A stretch of DNA of 64,000 nucleotides from Candidatus Levyibacteriota bacterium (lineage in GTDB: Bacteria; Patescibacteriota; Microgenomatia; Levybacterales; UBA12049), in contig JBBSGK010000001.1 in the NCBI GenBank assembly GCA_038254115.1, positions 2,713 to 66,712 on the forward strand, read 5' to 3'. A model generated the notes under the pieces. It made no database searches. It was given only the letters and a program-made list of their open reading frames with translations, and was not told the origin of the DNA. Shown here in pieces: positions 58,152-64,000 of the stretch. A program made the position numbers and the translations under genes. The stretch's first letter is position 1. Each line of letters opens with the position of its first letter.

Positions 58152-61109
58152 ATGGCAGAGTACAAGTTAAATCCGGAGCAGCAGAGAGCTGTAAGTCATG
58201 GTAGTGGTCCTCTTCTTATAATAGCCGGTGCCGGAACCGGCAAAACAACTGTTATTACAAAGCGCATCCAAAATCTGATTCTTGAAAAAAAGGTTCCTCC
58301 CTCCAATATTCTTGCCCTTACATTTACTGAAAAAGCAGCTGCCGAGATGGAAGCGAGGGTTGATGAGATAATGCCTTTTGGCTATACACAGATGTGGATT
58401 GAAACGTTCCATGCGTTCTCAGATCGGATTTTGAGGCAAGAAGCAATACATATTGGTCTAAATCCCGGATTCCAGTTGTTAACTGAAGCTGAAAGTTTGC
58501 TTTTCCTAAGAAAACATTTATTTGAATTTGATCTGGAGTATTTCCGACCTCTTGGGAATCCGATGAAATTTCTACAGGGAATGCTCAATCACTTCGCCCG
58601 CCTTAAGGATGATGATATTAACCCTCAGCAGTATTTAAAGTATGCTGAGGAAATCCGAAATCCGAAATCCGAAATCCGAAATGATGATGAGATTAAGAAA
58701 ACACTGGAGCTGGCAAACGCATTTAAAAAATATGAGGATTTAAAGGCTAAAGAAGGCGTGATGGATTTTTCAGATTTGATAAGTAATACGCTTAAGCTTT
58801 TCAGAACACGTAAAAATATTTTGGCCGAATATCAAGAATTGTTCCAATACATTTTGGTTGATGAATTTCAGGATACAAATTACGCGCAGAATGAACTTGC
58901 AATACTTTTAGCCGGCGAAAAGAAAAATATAACTGTTGTAGGCGACGATGATCAAAGTATTTATAGATGGAGGGGGGCTGCTATATCCAACATGCTTCAG
59001 TTCAAATCTCATTTTTCTGATGCGGCAATAGTCACTCTTAATAAGAATTACCGCTCAACCCAGAATATATTGGATGCATCTTATAAATTAATTCAAAATA
59101 ACAACCCGGATAGGCTTGAGGTTAAAGAAAAAATTGATAAAAAGCTTGTGTCAGAACGCGAAATTAAAGGCACAGAACCAGAGTTTATCTATACAAATAA
59201 AGCAGAGGATGAGGCAGAGGAGGTCGCAAAAAAGATTATCGAACTTTCAAAATCCAATTACAAATATAGTGATTTTGCAATTTTAGTCCGTGCCAATGAC
59301 CACGCAACTCCTTTTCAGCGCTCTCTTGAGAGGCGGCGCATTCCTTATCAATTCTTGGGGCCTGGGCATTTATTTCAACAGTCGGAAATTAAAGATCTGA
59401 TTGCATATCTTCACAGTCTGGCAAATTTTGAAGATACAGCTTCTTTATATAGAGTAATTACCCTTCAGATTTTTGCTATAGAAGCGCGGGACATTGCCGC
59501 TATGCTTAACTTTTCCAAGAAAAATAATCTTTCTCTTTTTGAAGCTATGGAAAATGTTGAAGATTCCAGTTTGACCGCCAACGGCAAAGAGAAAATCAAG
59601 CGGATTACAGATATGATGAAACGTCATCTTGCTAAGGTTCCGAAGGAAACAGCCGGGCAAATTCTTTACTATTTCTTTGAAGATTCAGGTCTTTTGGGTC
59701 ATTATCTTGATCCGCAGTCTCAAAGGACTGAAAAAGAGGCACAAAATGTAGCCAAATTATTTGAAAAGCTACAAAATTTTGCAAGTAACCGGGATGATGC
59801 ATCTGTTTTTGCGGTTGTTGATTGGATAGATCTATCAATGGAGCTTGGTGAGAGTCCGCTTGCAGCTGACATCGACTGGACACAGAATAACGCAGTAAAT
59901 ATACTAACTGTCCATTCAAGTAAAGGTCTTGAATTTCCGGTTGTATTTGTCGTGAATCTTGTTATACAGCGCTTCCCATCACGTGACAGAAAAGAGCAAA
60001 TTCCGGTGCCGACTGATTTGATCAAAGAAATTCTCCCGACAGGCAATGAATCGCTTCAAGAAGAAAGACGGCTCTTTTATGTCGCAATTACACGGGCAAA
60101 AGATAATTTGTTTCTCGCGGCTAGTAAGTTTTATGGAGAAGCCAAAAGAGAGCGGAAACTTTCACCGTTTATCGCCGAAGCATTAGGTGAGGATGTAGTC
60201 AAAAGCATTATAAATAAAAAAATTAATCAGCCGCCTGTGCAACAGCTATCCCTTCTTGAGATTGTTAACGCAAACATTCAAAATACCTCTGAAAAACAAC
60301 AAGAACTATCAGCAATTAGACATCAGCCATTAGCAATTAATTATATTTCCTATTCACAAATTGCAACTTTTCTGACTTGTCCTCTTCATTACAAACTCCG
60401 CTATATTCTCAATTTTCCATCGCCTCCGGCGCCTGCATTAAGCTATGGAATTAGCGTTCATAGCAGCCTTCGTGACATTTTACTTTCTCAGAGAGCAGGG
60501 AGTAAGATTAACGACACAGAAGTAAAAAGTATTCTTAAAGAGAACTGGATAAATGAGGGCTACAGCAGCAAAACTCATGAGCTGCAAACATATGCACAGG
60601 CCGGAAAAATACTCGGTGAGTTCTGGAAAAATTATAAGAGCGATAAACCAAATACTGTGGGTATCGAAACACCATTTAGTTTTTGGTTAAAAAGCCTGCC
60701 TAACGGACAGGCAGGCCTGCCTGCCGGTAGGCAGGTAAAAGTTGGGGGCCGGATCGACCGTATTGACGCTTTAACTGACAAAAAAATTGAAATAATTGAT
60801 TATAAAACAGGAAAAAACATGTTGGATCCCAAAAAAGCAAAAGATGATTTGCAGTTGTCATTTTACGCGCTGGCGGCGACAGAAGTGCATGACTCAATTT
60901 TTGGAAAAGCACCTGATGAGGTTGTTTTGACTCTTCACTATCTAGAATCAAATCAGAAAGTATCAACCACCCGCTCAAAAGAAGAGCTTGAAATGGCAAA
61001 AGAAAAAATCTTGAAAATAGTTTCAGAGATTGAAACAAGTGACTTTAAGTGTACAGGGGGAATGTTCTGCAAAAATTGTGAATACAAGATGATCTGTCAG
61101 ACAGTTTAA
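58152..61109 (+). CDS. UvrD/PcrA-family helicase with C-terminal PD-(D/E)XK nuclease (AdnA/B- or AddA-like)
   Basis: AGAGTGKT, LVDEFQD, GDDDQSIY, HSSKGLEF and EERRLFYVAITRA; GRIDRID..IIDYKTG, QL..Y; Cys pattern CP...C..C..C. Confidence 0.9.
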   Translation: MAEYKLNPEQQRAVSHGSGPLLIIAGAGTGKTTVITKRIQNLILEKKVPPSNILALTFTEKAAAEMEARVDEIMPFGYTQMWIETFHAFSDRILRQEAIHIGLNPGFQLLTEAESLLFLRKHLFEFDLEYFRPLGNPMKFLQGMLNHFARLKDDDINPQQYLKYAEEIRNPKSEIRNDDEIKKTLELANAFKKYEDLKAKEGVMDFSDLISNTLKLFRTRKNILAEYQELFQYILVDEFQDTNYAQNELAILLAGEKKNITVVGDDDQSIYRWRGAAISNMLQFKSHFSDAAIVTLNKNYRSTQNILDASYKLIQNNNPDRLEVKEKIDKKLVSEREIKGTEPEFIYTNKAEDEAEEVAKKIIELSKSNYKYSDFAILVRANDHATPFQRSLERRRIPYQFLGPGHLFQQSEIKDLIAYLHSLANFEDTASLYRVITLQIFAIEARDIAAMLNFSKKNNLSLFEAMENVEDSSLTANGKEKIKRITDMMKRHLAKVPKETAGQILYYFFEDSGLLGHYLDPQSQRTEKEAQNVAKLFEKLQNFASNRDDASVFAVVDWIDLSMELGESPLAADIDWTQNNAVNILTVHSSKGLEFPVVFVVNLVIQRFPSRDRKEQIPVPTDLIKEILPTGNESLQEERRLFYVAITRAKDNLFLAASKFYGEAKRERKLSPFIAEALGEDVVKSIINKKINQPPVQQLSLLEIVNANIQNTSEKQQELSAIRHQPLAINYISYSQIATFLTCPLHYKLRYILNFPSPPAPALSYGISVHSSLRDILLSQRAGSKINDTEVKSILKENWINEGYSSKTHELQTYAQAGKILGEFWKNYKSDKPNTVGIETPFSFWLKSLPNGQAGLPAGRQVKVGGRIDRIDALTDKKIEIIDYKTGKNMLDPKKAKDDLQLSFYALAATEVHDSIFGKAPDEVVLTLHYLESNQKVSTTRSKEELEMAKEKILKIVSEIETSDFKCTGGMFCKNCEYKMICQTV
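58650..58682. repeat. Perfect heptamer tandem repeat (GAAATCC)x4+ in the helicase
   Basis: gaaatcc gaaatcc gaaatcc gaaatcc gaaat; encodes EIRNPKSEIRN. Confidence 0.85.
60306..60340. repeat. Degenerate heptamer repeat in the helicase-nuclease linker
   Basis: ctatcag caattag acatcag ccattag caattaa; encodes LSAIRHQPLAIN. Confidence 0.65.
60695..60735. repeat. Two tandem GC-rich palindromic elements CCTGCC...GGCAGG, in frame
   Basis: cctgcctaacggacaggcagg + cctgcctgccggtaggcagg; encodes LPNGQAGLPAGRQ. Confidence 0.8.
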
Positions 61110-61642
61110 AGGCACTGGGTAGTTGCGATAAGCCATGCACCATTTATTTTGTCAAGCTCAACTGCATAAAGTTGTTTGCCGCCTTGCGCACTTTCCCGGA
61201 TTGTGACGTATGCTACATTCCCGTCTACACTGTATTCCGGGGTATCAACAATAAAATCTTTTACTCTATTGGCAGGACAAAAAATGGGATCATTTTTCCC
61301 ATCGTATTGGGCTTGTACAAAATTTATGAGTTCCTGTGAAACGCGTTTATCCTTTTTATAACCGCCAGATGACAATAAGTCTGGAGATGATTTGTAAGAT
61401 AAATAAAAGTTTTTAACCACTTGGTCGGGTGTCAAAGAATTGTTTCCAGGCGAAGATTGATTAATGTCTGCTTGGGTTTTGTTTGTATTTAAGTTTTGTT
61501 CAGTATTAGATTCAGGAGACGTTGGCGTTATTTGTTTTTGTTCAGATGCTTTTTCTGATGCAGATTGTATTGCCACAAGTATCACGAAAACAACCACAAC
61601 AAATCCACCGGCTATTGCTAAATATATATATTGCTTTTTCAT
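61106..61642 (-). CDS. Membrane-anchored hypothetical protein (NTF2/DUF3828-like)
   Basis: TM, linker, PDQVVKNFY..Y, DPIFC and W.I...C terminus. Confidence 0.65.
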   Translation of the reverse strand: MKKQYIYLAIAGGFVVVVFVILVAIQSASEKASEQKQITPTSPESNTEQNLNTNKTQADINQSSPGNNSLTPDQVVKNFYLSYKSSPDLLSSGGYKKDKRVSQELINFVQAQYDGKNDPIFCPANRVKDFIVDTPEYSVDGNVAYVTIRESAQGGKQLYAVELDKINGAWLIATTQCL

Positions 61643-61730
61643 ATACGCTTAATTCTAACTATAAAAGAACTTTGTCCCATGTGTCAACAAGTTGACAAAA
61701 TTTTTTAAAAATCTTTATACTGGTATAGAT

Positions 61731-62579
61731 ATGAAAATTAGTTGGGAAGATAAAGGAAGCGCAGGAGGCGGTACGCTTTATGTAGTTCTTATCATGCTGA
61801 TAGTTGGCGCATTGGCATTTGAGATGATGGGTGGAAAGTTGCCAACCGCTCAACCTGTGCCACCTCAATCAGATTCATCTCAATTGTCTCCGGCACCTTC
61901 TCAGGGTTGGCAAGAAGTGATAATTGATCCTTTTGTGCCGCAATCAGATAAGAAAAATCTTCAACTGTATACGTTTTCAGGACACAAGCCTGTTCCCACT
62001 ACTCCGCTTCCGACCACAACTCCCACCACCTGTGAACATAGCGCTATTAACCAAGAGGATACGATGATTATCGGGTTTGATCCCGGATATGATAAATCAG
62101 TTGGGGCAGGAGGAGATATCAGAGTATGGTTTACCGATGAAAATCCCCCAATGGTTTCAATAGGTGAAGTTGTTGATCCGGCAACCGGAGAAATAACAAA
62201 AAAAGGAAACACTGGTATCTTGGATACCTGCTCAACAGGAAAAAGTTTAAACATTCCGTTTGAGCCATCGCTTACTATTGGAGACAAAGTATCTTACCCG
62301 AATAAAATTAAAGGAATATTTTATCCTTCCTCTACTTGTACCTATGATCCTAAGCGAAAGGGTCCCAATGGTCCATCCATCGATGATTTCAAGCCTTATC
62401 AAGCCGGCACTCCGGGTTTTAAGCACTACGGCGCTGGAAAAAAAGACAGCTACGTAGCAGAGTATATTTGGCACGTAAGTTCGCTGTCATTGTCTTCGGG
62501 AAACTACAAGGCCAGAATTATTGCACACGATGGAGATAGGGAGATAGGCATGCTTTGCGCAAATATTACAATTCAATGA
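61731..62579 (+). CDS. Membrane-anchored/secreted hypothetical protein
   Basis: Hydrophobic N-terminus, Pro/Thr linker, Cys-containing beta-rich domain; start chosen at ATG 61731. Confidence 0.7.
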   Translation: MKISWEDKGSAGGGTLYVVLIMLIVGALAFEMMGGKLPTAQPVPPQSDSSQLSPAPSQGWQEVIIDPFVPQSDKKNLQLYTFSGHKPVPTTPLPTTTPTTCEHSAINQEDTMIIGFDPGYDKSVGAGGDIRVWFTDENPPMVSIGEVVDPATGEITKKGNTGILDTCSTGKSLNIPFEPSLTIGDKVSYPNKIKGIFYPSSTCTYDPKRKGPNGPSIDDFKPYQAGTPGFKHYGAGKKDSYVAEYIWHVSSLSLSSGNYKARIIAHDGDREIGMLCANITIQ

Positions 62580-62634
62580 TCCCTCAGTTGTAATTTAAAA
62601 ATATACCAAATATACTAGAATTACGCTTAGTCAC

Positions 62635-62964
62635 ATGAATAACTATCTTTTTCTGCCTTTTGTTTTTTTGAAATTTTGGTATATCGAAAGCCCCCGCGAA
62701 ATCATCGGTTTTTTCGTATCACTCAATAAAGCTTTTTTTCAGATGTTTGCACTTCCCTTATTTCTAAGGACATTCTTCAAACCTTTAAAAAATGAATATA
62801 GACAAGGATTGGTCGGATTTTCAAGGGCTATGGGCATGATAATTAAAACTTTTTTTATCATAGCCGATGTTATTCTATTAATTCCCCTTTTGGTATTTGA
62901 AATCGTGGTATTAGTTTTATTTCTTGCCTTTCCGATATTAACGGCGGGTTTGTTATTTTATTAG
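62635..62964 (+). CDS. Small membrane protein upstream of a Clp-like ATPase
   Basis: 109 aa, hydrophobic, FWY...LRTFFKP motif. Confidence 0.7.
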   Translation: MNNYLFLPFVFLKFWYIESPREIIGFFVSLNKAFFQMFALPLFLRTFFKPLKNEYRQGLVGFSRAMGMIIKTFFIIADVILLIPLLVFEIVVLVLFLAFPILTAGLLFY

Positions 62965-62971
62965 ACAAAAC

Positions 62972-64000
62972 ATGATTGATCACGTAAAAATATATCTTTA
63001 CTACCGCAGAGCCCTAATACGGAGCATACGGCTTGTTGTTTTTGCAATTTTACTCTTTACCATTCTTAATCTATTTGCGCAGAATATTTCTCCTAAATTT
63101 CCATTATTTCTTTTTAATCTATTTGTTATGTTTGAAGTCTTTTTTCACTTCAAGATAAGCAAAAGCAGGCCAACTCTTCTTATTTCTAAAAACTCAGGCA
63201 AGGACCTTCCTGCCGGCAAGGCAGGTATCTATCAATCTTTTACCATGCATGCATTGTCCCCATTTGTTACAGATCAAAAAACAAGCGGAATTATTAAAAA
63301 GTTAATTAAATATCCTCAGGTAAAACTATTTCTGCAAAAAGCCAACATAACCCAAAAGGATTTGCCGTTTGTGGATTTGGATAAAGAAACTCTCGCAAAA
63401 AGCGCGTTTGATACAGCAAGTACATTTAAGGGTAAATTTGTCACAACAGTTGATATACTCGTTGCTTATCTTTTTCTGATTGAACCCGAGAAAAAATTGC
63501 TTTTTGCAAAGCAACTTAAATCTGAAGACTTATACAATATTTCCGAATGGATCAGACTTGAATATCCTGATGAGGAAAGCCCCAAAAAGTTCCGTGTACG
63601 TTTTGAGGGAGGAGGAATCGGGGAGAGTCTCGTTTCCGGGTGGACACCTGAAACAAAAAAATACACAGCGTTATTTACCTCTTTTGCGCTTAAATATACT
63701 CCACTTATACGCGGGCGGGAAAATGAATTCAAGACAATGATTGAAGCTTTGATAAAAGTAGAAAATAATAATGTGCTTTTGGTTGGGGATATCGGGGCTG
63801 GAAAAGAGAATTTGGTACGCGCTCTTGCCTACTTCAGTTTCGAGGGAGAATTGGGAGCGTATCTTAATTACAAACGGATTTTGGAACTTTTGGTCGGCGC
63901 ATTGACAGCGGGTGCTACCAATAGGTCAGAGTTGGAGGAAAGGCTTCAATCAATAATCGCTGAAATTTCCCATGCGCAGGATATCTTGCTGTATGTTCCT
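62972..64000 (+). CDS. Membrane-anchored Clp/Hsp100-like AAA+ ATPase, 3'-truncated by window edge
   Basis: Hand-translated, open to the window end: N-terminal TMs, GWTP, IRGRENE, NNVLLVGDIGAGKE and AGATNRSELEERL. Confidence 0.8.
   Translation, partial: MIDHVKIYLYYRRALIRSIRLVVFAILLFTILNLFAQNISPKFPLFLFNLFVMFEVFFHFKISKSRPTLLISKNSGKDLPAGKAGIYQSFTMHALSPFVTDQKTSGIIKKLIKYPQVKLFLQKANITQKDLPFVDLDKETLAKSAFDTASTFKGKFVTTVDILVAYLFLIEPEKKLLFAKQLKSEDLYNISEWIRLEYPDEESPKKFRVRFEGGGIGESLVSGWTPETKKYTALFTSFALKYTPLIRGRENEFKTMIEALIKVENNNVLLVGDIGAGKENLVRALAYFSFEGELGAYLNYKRILELLVGALTAGATNRSELEERLQSIIAEISHAQDILLYVP
63205..63225. repeat. CCTGCC...GGCAGG palindromic element, in frame
   Basis: ccttcctgccggcaaggcagg (21 nt); encodes LPAGKAG. 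Confidence 0.7.

Noticed and set aside
58650-58682. Tandem repeats as possible CRISPR array
   Set aside because: Units are 7 nt with no spacers; no cas genes are present.

Overview
Chromosomal window from a low-GC bacterium; the gene set and style (class I LysRS, pilin-like and PEGA proteins, DUF192, many near-leaderless genes) suggest Patescibacteria/CPR, probably Microgenomates (inference). In order: four ABC-2 permeases, RNase P RNA (hidden from the ORF track), an AdoMetDC-like/nicotianamine-synthase-like fusion, rmuC, tsaD, a PEP-utilizer/HD pair, vanW, greA, a phosphoketolase-CoA-binding fusion with acs, an HTH-EgtD-like fusion, murB, a DAP/lysine operon (dapL-lysA-lysC-dapB-dapA-asd-hom-lysS) behind an apparent Lys leader-peptide attenuator, envelope glycosyltransferases, tatD-metG, a SAM-I-clan riboswitch, and hrcA-grpE-dnaK-dnaJ with a CIRCE. 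The best candidate for an undescribed system is 49843-57557: a pilin-like gene, a VirB6/TrbL-like membrane protein with a large repetitive cytoplasmic tail, and a Clp/Hsp100 ATPase carrying three copies of the same ~80-aa repeat. All calls come from reading motifs by eye; no database searches were run.
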